Assembly (NCBI GenBank): GCA_948439445.1
Contig: CAOJND010000001.1
Coordinates: 1-42,894 of the forward strand
DNA length: 42,894 nt
Direction: 5' to 3'
Origin: an uncultured Eubacteriales bacterium
Lineage (GTDB): Bacteria > Bacillota > Clostridia > Oscillospirales > Oscillospiraceae
The position numbers and the translations under genes are program-made. This document shows, one piece after another, positions 19,314 to 29,474 of the stretch. Under the pieces are notes generated by a model. It did no database searches, had not been told where the DNA came from, and worked only from the letters and a program-made list of their open reading frames with translations. Position 1 is the first letter of the stretch, and each line of letters opens with the position of its first letter.

Positions 19314-19535
19314 GTTTCGTTCCTCCTACAATCTTTTTTTCGGCGGTAACTTGCCCCGCCTGATAAACTTATTATACCAGGAAGCGCCGGCTATTTCCTG
19401 CACAAATTGTGCCAAAACAACAGACTAATTTGCTTTTGTAGTTTTTTACAATTTTTAAGCCAGAATTCCGGCATTTTGTACAAATCCCTCCCGGGCTTTT
19501 CTATGGTGATTCATTCAATTTTTGGTAAAATTTAG

Positions 19536-19564
19536 TTGACATGCATTTTGCATTGCATTACAAT
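19536..19564 (+). promoter_or_regulatory. Sigma-A-type promoter of the GH67 gene
   Basis: TTGACA-17 nt-TACAAT. Confidence 0.65.
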
Positions 19565-19645
19565 AAAAATGCTTGTTTTTTTGTATAATTTGTGCAAAAT
19601 GACAAGCATCACAGAAAAATGGAACATATTAAAGGAGGAGCAATC

Positions 19646-22600
19646 ATGATCCATCGCAACATCAGGCGCTTTCTCGCAGTACTGCTGACGCTTTGTCTTA
19701 TCGCGTCGCTGGTGGTGCTGCCCAACTCCGCCGCAACAGCGGCAGACGACGCATACGACGGCTCACAGCTCTGGCTGAACTACCAGACGGTCTCCGATGC
19801 TGGACTGCTCAGTCAATACCGGGCGGCAGCAACCGCCATTGTGGTACAGAATTTTGATCAGAACCCTACCTACCGTCATCAGCGGGATGGCCAGACCTGG
19901 GAGCCGGTTCGCCCGGAGAATGCCCAGGAAACCGTGGTGCAGACCACCCTGGAGGCGGCCCGTCTGGAGCTGCACCGGGCGTTGCAAGGCCTTTTGGATC
20001 AGGACGTGCCCTATGCCGACGCGGTGCAGGCCAACGGCGCCATTGTTGTGGGTACGCCTGACAGCTCCTCCATCATCCGGGATCTGAAGCTGGACAACCA
20101 GCTGGCCACCCTGGGTGAGGAAGGCTATCTAATTCAGTCCGTCACCATCGATGGCCATAGCGCCACCGTGGTCGCCGCCAATTCGGATATCGGCGCGCTG
20201 TACGGTACATACGCCCTGATTCGTCTGATGCAGACCCAGAAGTCCGTATCCGACCTGAATATTGCCGATCAGCCCAAGGTCAATCACCGCCGGCTGAACA
20301 ACTGGGACACCGAGCGTCTCTACGCCGGCACCAACGCCACTGGCGAAGGCGGCACCAACGGTGAAGATGGTTCTATCTTCAACTTCAGCTCCGGCTCCGG
20401 CAGTCTGCGGCTGCCCCTGATTCTGGACCGGTATATCATTTTTGCCCGGATGTGCGCCAGCATCGGCATCAATGAAATCACCATCAACAACGTCAACGCC
20501 AACTACTCCTACCTCAGCGAGGACTATATCCTGCGGGAGGCCGCCCTGGCCGATGTGCTGCGGCCCTATGGCATCCGGATCGGCCTGTCGGTCCGCTATG
20601 TCTCCCCCACCAACTCTGGCTGTAACACCGCTGCGGACCAGGCGGCAGGCGGTCCTGCCATTGTTCCCTCCAGCGACGCCAACGCCAACAATCCCTACGC
20701 GAATGTGTTCCAGGATTGGTGGACCCAGAAGACCCAGCAGATCCGCTCCCGGATCCCCGATTTCATTGGCTACACCGTGAAAGCCAACTCCGAAGGCCAG
20801 CCCGGTCCCCAGGACTACGGCTATGACCATGGCGACGGTGCCTATGGCATGGGCCAGGCCCTGGCCAATGTAAACGACGGCCTGGACAACAACATGACCC
20901 TGTTCTGGCGGACCTTCGTATACAACGCCAGCGTGGACACCGACCGTCTAAAGCGGGCCTATATGGAATTCAAACCCATCAATGACGATTCCAGCCGCAG
21001 CTTTGGCGACAACGTCTTTGTCCAGACCAAAAATGGTCCTCTGGACTTCCAGGGCCGGGAGCCGATTCATCCCATGTTCGGCGCCATGGACGTGACCAAT
21101 CAGGCCATCGAGCTGCAAATCACCCAGGAGTACACCGGTCACCATGTGTCGCTGTGCTACCTGGCTCCCATGTGGGAAGAGGTCTTTAAGACTGATACCT
21201 ATGCCAACGGCGAGGGCACCCTGGTGGGCGAGGTGATTGACGGCACCGCCCAGGGCCAGTTGGATACCGCCATTGTGGGCGTAAACAACATAGGCAACTC
21301 CGCCAACATGACGGGCCATCACTTTGCCCAGGCCAATTTCTTCGCCTTTGGCCGGCTGGCATGGGACTGGACCCAGAATTCGGAGGATATTGCCGACGAT
21401 TGGATTCGCATGACCTGGAGCAACGACCAGCAGGTCGTAGATACCATCGCCCAGATGATGATGGGCTCCTGGGAAGCGCTGGTCAGCTACCAGACGCCTT
21501 TCGGCGTGGGCCATCAGATGACCGGAACCGGTACCCATTATTTCCCCAACCCCTCCCAGATCATCTATAACGGCGGCACCATCCGCGACGACTGGAGTCC
21601 CGCCTACTACAGCAGAGTCGACGGCGTGGGCATTGGCTACAACCGTTCCGGCAATCAGGAGCTGACCTCCTTCGGCAACCAGCAGGGCAGCAATTTGGCC
21701 GGTCAGTACGCCCCCACCCTGGAGGCGCTGTATGGCGATATGGAGTCCTGCCCGGAGGATCTGCTTCTGTGGTTCCATCACGTTCCCTGGGACTTCCAGA
21801 TGGACAGCGGCCGCACCTTCTGGGATGAGTTCGTCTACCGTACTCAGATGGGCGTTCAGTTTGTCTCCTGGATGCGGCAGGCTTGGGCCTCTCTGGAGGG
21901 CAAGTTGGACGCGGCCCGCTATCATGCGGTTTCCGAAAAGCTCTGGCGGCAGGAGATCGACTCCAGCGAATGGCGGGACTTCTATTGCAGCTACCTGCAG
22001 GCCAACAACGGTCTGGATAAGCCTGTAGACGATGGTCCTCTGTCCATTGCCATCACCCTGGGCAATGCCAAAACTTATCAGGGCTTCGATCTGTCGGTGG
22101 ACGCCTTTAATAAGACCACAACTGGTAACCTGCCCAGAAACGATGCCAACTACAACCGTTACATCGCGGCAGGCGGCTCCATTGCCGATGCCAGCGGCGC
22201 TCCCTTCAATAACCTCTTCCAGCCGGTGGATAAGGCATACACCATCCAGGTTCCCGCCGGTGTGGATCACACCATCACGGACGTGACATTCCTCAGCGAC
22301 GAAGGCTCCAACGAATCCTACCAGGTCCTTTCCAACACCCAGGACCAGGCAGTTGTCCAGGTCACCCGGGACGGCTTCTTTGGCCCGCTGCTGAAAACCT
22401 ATACCTTTAATTTTGTTACCGATACCAAGCTTAGCGGCTTGCAGGTTGACGGCCAGGAATTGATGGACTTCGATCCGGATACCGCCACCTACTGCGTTGC
22501 GGCAGGCAACACGGTTCCCGTGGTCACCGCCACAGCCGAGGACGCTAGCCAGACCGTCTCGATCCAGCAGGCAGAGCAGGTTCCCGGTACGGCTACTGTC

Positions 22601-23857
22601 ACCGTCGGTTCCGGCGACGCCCAGTCGGTCTACACCATCCGGTTTACCAAGCCCGCCGCCTTTACCGAGGACTTTAACGGCTCCACCCTGTCCCAGGATT
22701 GGACCTGGGTACGTGAGAATGCGGCCAACTGGACCTTGGACGGCAACGCCATGGTTCTCACCACGGCTTCCGGCGATCTCAGTGGCTCTGGCAACAACGC
22801 CTCCAACGTGCTGCTCCACAGCGCCGGCAATGGCGACTGGGAAGCGGTAGCAAAGCTGAATTTCTCTGAAATTCCCTCCCGGAACAACCAGCAGGGCGGC
22901 ATTGTGGTCTACCAGGACGACGATAACTATGTGAAGGTAGCCTTGCAGTATCAGACCGGCTCCGGCTGGTGGGGCCAGTCCTACCTACGTGTGGTCGGCG
23001 GCGTGGAAAAGAACGGCAGCTTCTCCGAAATGTTCTATGACGCTCTGGAGACAGAGGAAAATCTGGCCGTGTCCGGCAACAACATCTGGCTGAAGCTGAC
23101 CAAGCAGGGCGACACCTATACTGCCTCCTTCGCCACTGCTGAAAACGTGCCCTTCCGGAATCTGGGCAGCACCACCGCCTCTTTCTCCGATCCCAAGGTC
23201 GGCCTGCTGGCGGTACACAGCAGCAACGGTCCCAGCCTGAAGGTTGCCTATGACAGCTTTACCCTACAGGACAATTTCTCCAAGCTCTCCACCGGTCCTC
23301 TGGCAGTGGTGTCCGAGCCTGCGGCATATGCCGGTTCCATTGGCGATACCGCCACATTCCATGTGGGCGTCAACCGCAGCGACGTAACCTATCAGTGGAT
23401 GTATTCCAACAACGGCGGCAAGAGCTTCACCGCCTCTTCCATGGCTGGCAGCAATACGGACACCCTGTCCGTCCAGATGAAGTCTTTCCGGGTCGGGCAG
23501 CAGTATAAGTGTGTAATCACCGACTCCGAGGGCAACATCGTGGAAACCCAGGCCGTTGCCATGACCACAGCCGTTTCCGGCCTGGCCATTACATCGGAGC
23601 CTGTAGATTACACCGGTCCGGTGGACAGCACCGCCACCTTTACCGTAGAGGCTACCGGCGAGGGCCTGTCCTATCAGTGGATGTACTCGAATAACGGCGG
23701 TTTGACCTTTGTCAAGTCCTCCGTCTCCGGCGCTAACACTCCCACTGTATCCGTTGGGGTTAAGGCATTCCGCGACGGCCAGATGTACCGGTGCGTTGTC
23801 ACCGACGCCTCCGGCAACGTGGTAACCTCCTCCGCTGCTTCTATGCACGTGGGATAA
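19646..23857 (+). CDS. Secreted multidomain GH67 alpha-glucuronidase
   Basis: AAGGAGG RBS; signal peptide; LWLNY, LNNWD, NNVNA, VKANSEGQPGP, KNGPLDFQGREP, ELQITQEYTGH, LLLWFHHVPW; followed by cadherin-like, ConA-like and two Ig-like modules. Confidence 0.92.
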   Translation: MIHRNIRRFLAVLLTLCLIASLVVLPNSAATAADDAYDGSQLWLNYQTVSDAGLLSQYRAAATAIVVQNFDQNPTYRHQRDGQTWEPVRPENAQETVVQTTLEAARLELHRALQGLLDQDVPYADAVQANGAIVVGTPDSSSIIRDLKLDNQLATLGEEGYLIQSVTIDGHSATVVAANSDIGALYGTYALIRLMQTQKSVSDLNIADQPKVNHRRLNNWDTERLYAGTNATGEGGTNGEDGSIFNFSSGSGSLRLPLILDRYIIFARMCASIGINEITINNVNANYSYLSEDYILREAALADVLRPYGIRIGLSVRYVSPTNSGCNTAADQAAGGPAIVPSSDANANNPYANVFQDWWTQKTQQIRSRIPDFIGYTVKANSEGQPGPQDYGYDHGDGAYGMGQALANVNDGLDNNMTLFWRTFVYNASVDTDRLKRAYMEFKPINDDSSRSFGDNVFVQTKNGPLDFQGREPIHPMFGAMDVTNQAIELQITQEYTGHHVSLCYLAPMWEEVFKTDTYANGEGTLVGEVIDGTAQGQLDTAIVGVNNIGNSANMTGHHFAQANFFAFGRLAWDWTQNSEDIADDWIRMTWSNDQQVVDTIAQMMMGSWEALVSYQTPFGVGHQMTGTGTHYFPNPSQIIYNGGTIRDDWSPAYYSRVDGVGIGYNRSGNQELTSFGNQQGSNLAGQYAPTLEALYGDMESCPEDLLLWFHHVPWDFQMDSGRTFWDEFVYRTQMGVQFVSWMRQAWASLEGKLDAARYHAVSEKLWRQEIDSSEWRDFYCSYLQANNGLDKPVDDGPLSIAITLGNAKTYQGFDLSVDAFNKTTTGNLPRNDANYNRYIAAGGSIADASGAPFNNLFQPVDKAYTIQVPAGVDHTITDVTFLSDEGSNESYQVLSNTQDQAVVQVTRDGFFGPLLKTYTFNFVTDTKLSGLQVDGQELMDFDPDTATYCVAAGNTVPVVTATAEDASQTVSIQQAEQVPGTATVTVGSGDAQSVYTIRFTKPAAFTEDFNGSTLSQDWTWVRENAANWTLDGNAMVLTTASGDLSGSGNNASNVLLHSAGNGDWEAVAKLNFSEIPSRNNQQGGIVVYQDDDNYVKVALQYQTGSGWWGQSYLRVVGGVEKNGSFSEMFYDALETEENLAVSGNNIWLKLTKQGDTYTASFATAENVPFRNLGSTTASFSDPKVGLLAVHSSNGPSLKVAYDSFTLQDNFSKLSTGPLAVVSEPAAYAGSIGDTATFHVGVNRSDVTYQWMYSNNGGKSFTASSMAGSNTDTLSVQMKSFRVGQQYKCVITDSEGNIVETQAVAMTTAVSGLAITSEPVDYTGPVDSTATFTVEATGEGLSYQWMYSNNGGLTFVKSSVSGANTPTVSVGVKAFRDGQMYRCVVTDASGNVVTSSAASMHVG
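23299..23854 (+). repeat. Two tandem ~90-aa Ig-like repeats at the GH67 C-terminus
   Basis: Both contain SEP..Y.G....TATF.V...YQWMYSNNGG..F...FR.GQ.Y.CV.TD..GN.V. Confidence 0.8.
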
Positions 23858-23890
23858 ATACTCGGCTCACACCTTTTTAAACAGAATTTG

Positions 23891-23945
23891 GGGCCGTCTC
23901 CAGCCAGCATGCTTCGTGCTGGGGCGAGACGGCCCCTTGGCTTTG
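23891..23945 (+). terminator. Hairpin downstream of GH67
   Basis: GGGCCGTCTC...GAGACGGCCC inverted repeat. Confidence 0.5.
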
Positions 23946-23998
23946 TCATTTGTTCTGCTTGAAAGGGGTTTCCGGTATAATGAACGGTTTTTAGAACG

Positions 23999-24031
23999 AA
24001 AAACAGCCACGGACCTTACAGTTCGTGGCTG
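23999..24031 (-). terminator. Terminator of the PRT gene
   Basis: CAGCCACG...CGTGGCTG followed by TTTTT on the minus strand. Confidence 0.65.
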
Positions 24032-24091
24032 AAATTCTTGAAGCGGCAATTGCTTCCTACTATGAATGCGCTTCCAATCGGGTACAAAAGC

Positions 24092-24646
24092 TCAAACCTT
24101 TACAGTACCGTCCGGATTAAATAGCGGCAGCTTTTCTAAATAGATGATATCCTCCCGGTCCTGGGCATCTCCCTCGGCCAGAATAGCCATCCGGCCTGCA
24201 ACAACGCCGCCCGCTCTCTCCACCAGGGCCTCCAGGGCAGAAAGGCTCTCGCCAGTGGAAATCACATCGTCTACCAACAGAATCCGCTTGCCCTGCATCA
24301 GCGCCGCATCAGCGGTATCCAGATATAGATGTTGCTCCTTGGCCGTGGTAATTGAGTGCACCATGGACTCAAACACGCCGGTCATATACAACTTGGGACC
24401 CTTCCGGGCCAAAAAATATTTCTTGGCGCCAGACTGCCGGGCCATTTCATGGACCAGGGGAATTCCCTTGGCCTCGGCGGTAATAATGTAGTCATAGGGT
24501 GGAGCCTTCTCCAATAGCGCCTTGGCACAGGCTACGGTTAACTCCTGATCCCCAAAAATCACAAACCCGGCAATGTACAAAGAATCGGAAACCTTACAGA
24601 TGGGCAAATCCCGCTGAAGACCCGCTACAGTCATACGGTAAACCAT
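24092..24646 (-). CDS. Adenine phosphoribosyltransferase-like type I PRT
   Basis: TAEAKGI, LARK, PRPP motif ILLVDDVISTGES. Confidence 0.88.
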   Translation of the reverse strand: MVYRMTVAGLQRDLPICKVSDSLYIAGFVIFGDQELTVACAKALLEKAPPYDYIITAEAKGIPLVHEMARQSGAKKYFLARKGPKLYMTGVFESMVHSITTAKEQHLYLDTADAALMQGKRILLVDDVISTGESLSALEALVERAGGVVAGRMAILAEGDAQDREDIIYLEKLPLFNPDGTVKV

Positions 24647-24736
24647 TGTGATACGCTCCTTCTTTCCAATCTGAGAGTATTATACAATATGGGAAGAAAA
24701 AGTCAAGGGGCCAGGGGAAAATGCCCTCCCAGCTAT

Positions 24737-24765
24737 AAAAAGCCCCTCGACTTTGTCGAGGGGCT
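24737..24765 (-). terminator. Terminator of the antiporter gene
   Basis: AGCCCCTCGAC-3 nt-GTCGAGGGGCT with a U-tract on the minus strand. Confidence 0.75.
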
Positions 24766-24770
24766 GCAAA

Positions 24771-26030
24771 TCAGTGTTGGGTGGGCATGGGCTTGGGACG
24801 GATATCTCCTGCGGCAGTCAATGCCTCCTTGGTCAGCACAGGGCCAACCAGCTCATAGATCAGAACGGAGAACAGCACGATGCTCCGGATCAATGCCCCC
24901 TCTGCGCCAAACTGCGCCGCCACTGTAACGGACATGCCCAGCGCCACGCCGGCCTGGGGCAGCAGGGTGACCCCCAAGTATTTACAGATACTCTCCTGGC
25001 ACTTCATAAATCTGGAGCTGATCGTCGCGCCAAAAATTTTTCCGGCGGAACGGGACAGAATATAGGCAAGTCCAATGCCAATAACCGCCACATCTGCAAA
25101 AACCCGTAGATCCAGCTCCGCGCCGGACAGGACAAAAAACAGAACATACACCGGCGCCGTCCATTTTTCGGTCTTATACATAATTTCCTCGGAGAAGCTG
25201 CACAGATTGCAAAACAGGGTGCCGCACATCATGCACACCAGAAGCGAAGAAAAGCCAATGGTCAATCCGCTCTCAAAATGAACCTCAATCTGGGAAAGCC
25301 CCGCAGCCAGCACCACAAAGGCCACCGCCAAGCTCAACCGCTTGGAATTGGATTTGAAATACTTCTCCACCAGGCTAAACACACAGCCCAGACCAGCGCC
25401 AAGCAGTAGTGACAACACGATCTCCAATACGGGATTCACCAGCACAGAAATCAGATTGACCGCCCCACTGCTCAACGCCCGGGCAACCCCGGAGGAAATG
25501 GCAAATACAATCAACCCCACTGCGTCGTCCAACGCTACAATGGGCAGCAGAATATCGGTCAACGGACCCTTGGCCTTGTACTGGTTTACCACCATCATGG
25601 TGGCGGCGGGAGCGGTAGCCGTAGCGATGGCGCCCAAGAGAATGCAAGTGGACACCGGAAGCTTATCCCCCAACAGCAAATGCAGCAACAGCAGCACCAC
25701 ATCCACTAGGACCGTAGCGGAAAGGGCCTGAAAAATGGCAATCACTGTCGCTTGCCGGCCAGTACGCCGCAGAGAAGAGATCCGAAATTCACTGCCAATG
25801 GAAAAAGCAATAAAGCCCAATGCCACATCACTAACCAGGCCCATCTGCTCCACGAAATCAAATGAGACAAATCCCAACCCTGGAACACCCAGTCGCCCAA
25901 GACATAATGGTCCAATGAGCAAGCCAGCCACTAGGTAGCTGGTCACATCGGGCAGATTAAAGCGAGAAACCAGGCGGGATAAAAATAGCCCTGCAAACAT
26001 TGCCACGCCTATGGTCAACAGAAATTCCAT
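24771..26030 (-). CDS. Cation:proton antiporter (CPA2-like)
   Basis: Highly hydrophobic; ATATAPAAT, VALDD, LLPQAGVALG. Confidence 0.88.
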   Translation of the reverse strand: MEFLLTIGVAMFAGLFLSRLVSRFNLPDVTSYLVAGLLIGPLCLGRLGVPGLGFVSFDFVEQMGLVSDVALGFIAFSIGSEFRISSLRRTGRQATVIAIFQALSATVLVDVVLLLLHLLLGDKLPVSTCILLGAIATATAPAATMMVVNQYKAKGPLTDILLPIVALDDAVGLIVFAISSGVARALSSGAVNLISVLVNPVLEIVLSLLLGAGLGCVFSLVEKYFKSNSKRLSLAVAFVVLAAGLSQIEVHFESGLTIGFSSLLVCMMCGTLFCNLCSFSEEIMYKTEKWTAPVYVLFFVLSGAELDLRVFADVAVIGIGLAYILSRSAGKIFGATISSRFMKCQESICKYLGVTLLPQAGVALGMSVTVAAQFGAEGALIRSIVLFSVLIYELVGPVLTKEALTAAGDIRPKPMPTQH

Positions 26031-26397
26031 AGATGATTCCTCTTTTCAAAATCGCAATCTTTTCCGAATCATTATATGAAAGTTTGCACATAGATGCAAG
26101 TCGTTTTTTGCACAATCTTTTGCAGGATTCCTGGGATAAAGTGGATGTTATGGACAAGACTTGGGTTCCCTGTCCAGCTTCCCCCATTTTATTGAGAATT
26201 CCAGCGATCTATCCTTCCCAAAAAGGAGGCTGTTATCCGTCAAAGAAAAAAATGTCAAAAATTTTTTAGAAACTACTTTACAAATAAGGACAAACACGGT
26301 ATCATGCTATTATAAGGGAAATATGGCCATTGCGAGAGGTCATCTGCCCAGGTCGAAGATAGAAGAGAATTACGATGGAATCCGTGAGGCAAATGAT

Positions 26398-28182
26398 ATG
26401 GATCTGATCACAACCCTGCTATCCCTGCTCACCGGTGTGGCGCTATTTCTGTTCGGCATGTCCATGATGGGAGACGGGCTAAAGGCCATTGCTGGCGCAA
26501 AGCTGGAGCATATTCTAAACCAGCTAACCAACTCCAAGCTCAAAGGGCTTTTGCTTGGAACCGCTGTAACAGCGATTATTCAGTCCTCCTCCGCTACAAC
26601 CATTATGCTGGTGGGTTTTGTCAATGCCGGTATGATGACTGTTGGACGTTCCATCAGCATCATTATGGGCGCCAATATCGGTACAAGTATCACCGGCTGG
26701 ATCCTCTGCCTGTCCTATCTGGAGGGCAGCGGCGGCATTGCGCAGCTACTCTCTACCGCAACCATTTCTGCGGTGGCGATTTTGGCGGGCATTTTGTTGC
26801 GCATGCTATCCCAAAAGCTCTCTCATCGAAACGTTGGTAATATTCTCATCGGTTTTGCCATTCTGATGATTGGGATGCAGACCATGAGCGCCGCCGTCTC
26901 CCCGTTGAAGGATAATCCGGCCTTTGTCAGAATGCTGACCATGTTTTCCAATCCTTTGCTGGGCATTTTAGCCGGTATTGCGTTTACTGCGGTGCTGCAA
27001 AGCTCCTCCGCCTCCATTGGTATTTTGCAGGCGCTATCCTTTACTGGCAGCATCACATTTGCCACGGCGCTGCCGATTATCATGGGCATCGGTGTGGGCG
27101 CTGCTTGTCCGGTGCTACTGTCCTCCGTGGGCTCCACCAAAAACGGCCGGCGCACGGCTCTGGTCTACTTGATCGACGATCTGTTTGGCATGCTGCTCTG
27201 GTCATGTGTTTTCTATGGCGTTAACGCGGTGGTGCAGTTCCCGTTTTTGAACATGGTCATGGATCCGGTGTCAATCGCCCTGCTCAACTCCGTCTTCCGG
27301 ATCGCCACAGTGATGGTGCTGCTTCCAATGTCCGGGCTGATTGATAAGCTTGTACACGCCCTGGTGCGGGACTCCGCAGAGGAAATTGAGGACCAGGCGG
27401 ACTTTGACCTGCTGGAAGAGCGGTTTTTGGCCTATCCCGCCATCGCCTTGAGCCAGAGCCGGATTTGCATCAATGGCATGGCCAGACGGGTGGAAAAAAG
27501 CGTGCTCTACAGCCTGGAGCTGGTAGCAGAGTTCGACCAGGAAAAGCACGATAAAGTAGTCAGCAAGGAAAATCTGATCGATCAATATGAAGCCAAATTA
27601 GGTCCCTATCTGATGACCCTGACCAGCAAAAAGCTGGAGGTCATCTATTCCCAGCAGCTATCCCTTTTCTTGCACGCCATCAGCGATTTTGAGCAATTGG
27701 GGGACGAGGCCTGTTATGTAGCTAAGAGTATGCTGGAGTTGCGCCAATCCGGCACTGTCTTCTCCTGGGAGGCCAGGAGCGAGCTGGATGTGGTGGTCCG
27801 GGCTGTCGCGGAAATCACCCGCAAGACAATTCAGGCTTTCCAAGAGGGGAACAATACGCTGGCACGGGAAGTCAGCCCGTTGCAGGAGATGATTGGTGTT
27901 CTATGCGACGAGCTAAAGCTCCGGCATATCACCCGGCTTCGCGCACAGGTCTGTGATCTGAACCAGGGCTCCGCGTTTAACAGCCTGTTAGGCGCTTTTG
28001 AGCAGATCGCGGCCCACTGTGAGAATGTCTCCGTTGCCATGATTAAAACAGAACAGAATCCCAGCATCCGTTACACCGGTCCTGGCAACCGGCACCGGCT
28101 GAAAAACAACGAGGGTTACAATCTGCTTTATGAGCAGTATGAAAAAAAATACGAGCTGCCCCAATCTGAGGTAGTTGGCTAA
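26398..28182 (+). CDS. Na/Pi cotransporter family protein with PhoU-like C-terminus
   Basis: Twin QSSS motifs (IIQSSSAT, VLQSSSAS), GANIGTS; helical C-terminus (DFEQLGD, EQIAAH). Confidence 0.92.
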   Translation: MDLITTLLSLLTGVALFLFGMSMMGDGLKAIAGAKLEHILNQLTNSKLKGLLLGTAVTAIIQSSSATTIMLVGFVNAGMMTVGRSISIIMGANIGTSITGWILCLSYLEGSGGIAQLLSTATISAVAILAGILLRMLSQKLSHRNVGNILIGFAILMIGMQTMSAAVSPLKDNPAFVRMLTMFSNPLLGILAGIAFTAVLQSSSASIGILQALSFTGSITFATALPIIMGIGVGAACPVLLSSVGSTKNGRRTALVYLIDDLFGMLLWSCVFYGVNAVVQFPFLNMVMDPVSIALLNSVFRIATVMVLLPMSGLIDKLVHALVRDSAEEIEDQADFDLLEERFLAYPAIALSQSRICINGMARRVEKSVLYSLELVAEFDQEKHDKVVSKENLIDQYEAKLGPYLMTLTSKKLEVIYSQQLSLFLHAISDFEQLGDEACYVAKSMLELRQSGTVFSWEARSELDVVVRAVAEITRKTIQAFQEGNNTLAREVSPLQEMIGVLCDELKLRHITRLRAQVCDLNQGSAFNSLLGAFEQIAAHCENVSVAMIKTEQNPSIRYTGPGNRHRLKNNEGYNLLYEQYEKKYELPQSEVVG

Positions 28183-28189
28183 TGCAGAA

Positions 28190-28227
28190 AAGGGCTGTCT
28201 CACAAATCTTGGTGAGGCAGCCCCTTA
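28190..28227 (+). terminator. Hairpin after the Na/Pi cotransporter
   Basis: AGGGCTGTCTCAC...GTGAGGCAGCCCCTT. Confidence 0.5.
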
Positions 28228-28284
28228 TGATAACCCCAGCGCGTACAATCGAGAAAGGGGAGATCTGTCACGGAAGTAATCGAA

Positions 28285-29052
28285 ATGCTCGTCCGGCGGC
28301 AATTTGCGCCGCTGTATATCTGGTTGGATCTGGTCTTTCTGGCCGTCTTTGCCGGGCTACTACTGTGGAAGAAAAAGTATATGACCGTGGCGGTGGGCTT
28401 GGTAATGGGTCTGGTATATCTGCTGGTGGACTATGGTATTTTCCATTTGGTCTGCCACAGCCGCAGCATCACCCCGGGCTATAGCCTGTTTTGGGTGCTG
28501 GTTTGGATGTCCATGAGCTACGGTTTTACCAATTTCACCTGGATCTGGCTATGGCTCTCGAAAGACCAGCACCTGCTGGAGTGGTCGCTGCTAATCCTCA
28601 TCTGGTGGCTGTGTTGCCCGCTGATCACTTCCACCTTTTCCGGCGGAGCGCAACAAATTGTGATTCAGCGGACCACTGGCGCGTATCATGGGTATATGGC
28701 ACTGCTTCTGACCGTTGGCTATCTGAGTGCAATTGGATATAATTTAAAGCAAGCGGATCGGACCAAACGAGTCAATCTTCTCTGGATGCTTGCCATTGGT
28801 ATTCTGGTGCAGTTCGGCTGGGAAGCAGGGCTGCTCCTTGGCGGGGTCCGCAGCGCCGGCCTTTCTCTGGAAGAAAAGCTCATGCCTCTTTTCCGCAACT
28901 CTCTCTTGGAAACGAACCTGGGCATGCCCTATGTGTACGGGATCTTTGTATGGCTCACCGCCAGATTTACAGAGACGTTGACACCCCGTCCCCATCGGCT
29001 TAGTCTGACCGAGCGGATCCAGGAAAACAACGCCCAGCGGGTTCGGCGCTAG
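28285..29052 (+). CDS. Hypothetical multi-pass membrane protein
   Basis: 255-aa ORF with about 7 hydrophobic segments; the start codon is uncertain. Confidence 0.75.
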   Translation: MLVRRQFAPLYIWLDLVFLAVFAGLLLWKKKYMTVAVGLVMGLVYLLVDYGIFHLVCHSRSITPGYSLFWVLVWMSMSYGFTNFTWIWLWLSKDQHLLEWSLLILIWWLCCPLITSTFSGGAQQIVIQRTTGAYHGYMALLLTVGYLSAIGYNLKQADRTKRVNLLWMLAIGILVQFGWEAGLLLGGVRSAGLSLEEKLMPLFRNSLLETNLGMPYVYGIFVWLTARFTETLTPRPHRLSLTERIQENNAQRVRR

Positions 29053-29297
29053 CAGGCGGCCACCCGATTTTGAAGTGGTCTTTCCATGGTCCGCATCATG
29101 AAAGAAGCAGCGGCGATGCAGATCCAAACGCCACTTTTGCAAAATAAAAGCATTTAACCCGGCACGGTTTCGTTCAAGACCTGTGCCGGTTTTTGCCGCG
29201 CATAACACGAATCTCAGAAGCGGCATCCTACGCGCACTATCTCCGGCAAGGAGGTTACAGTCTGACCGGCCCCTCTGGGAAATTTGCAAATTACTGC

Positions 29298-29326
29298 TTG
29301 AGGAAAAGGGCATTTTCTGCTATAAT
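29298..29326 (+). promoter_or_regulatory. Promoter of ychF
   Basis: TTGAGG-17 nt-TATAAT with an extended -10 TG. Confidence 0.6.
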
Positions 29327-29474
29327 AGTTGGACAAGTGCATTCTTTTCTCATTTTGCCGTCTGTGGGCGGTGAACGCTACCAGGCTTTGGGGGTGCGCT
29401 GGCTTACAAGGGCAGACGTCCAAGGCTGGAACGTCTTTAAAAACGAAGGAATCATAAAGGAGATGTAACGATAT

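Noticed and set aside
17775-19349. 524-aa plus-strand ORF
   Set aside because: Antisense shadow of the kinase and isomerase genes.
20129-22819. Minus-strand ORFs of 233 and 623 aa
   Set aside because: Antisense shadows of GH67.
26161-26397. N-terminal ORF extensions (also folP, folK, alr, murC, pfkB, GH67, vanG)
   Set aside because: Artefacts of longest-ORF calling; RBS position and family N-termini point to downstream starts.
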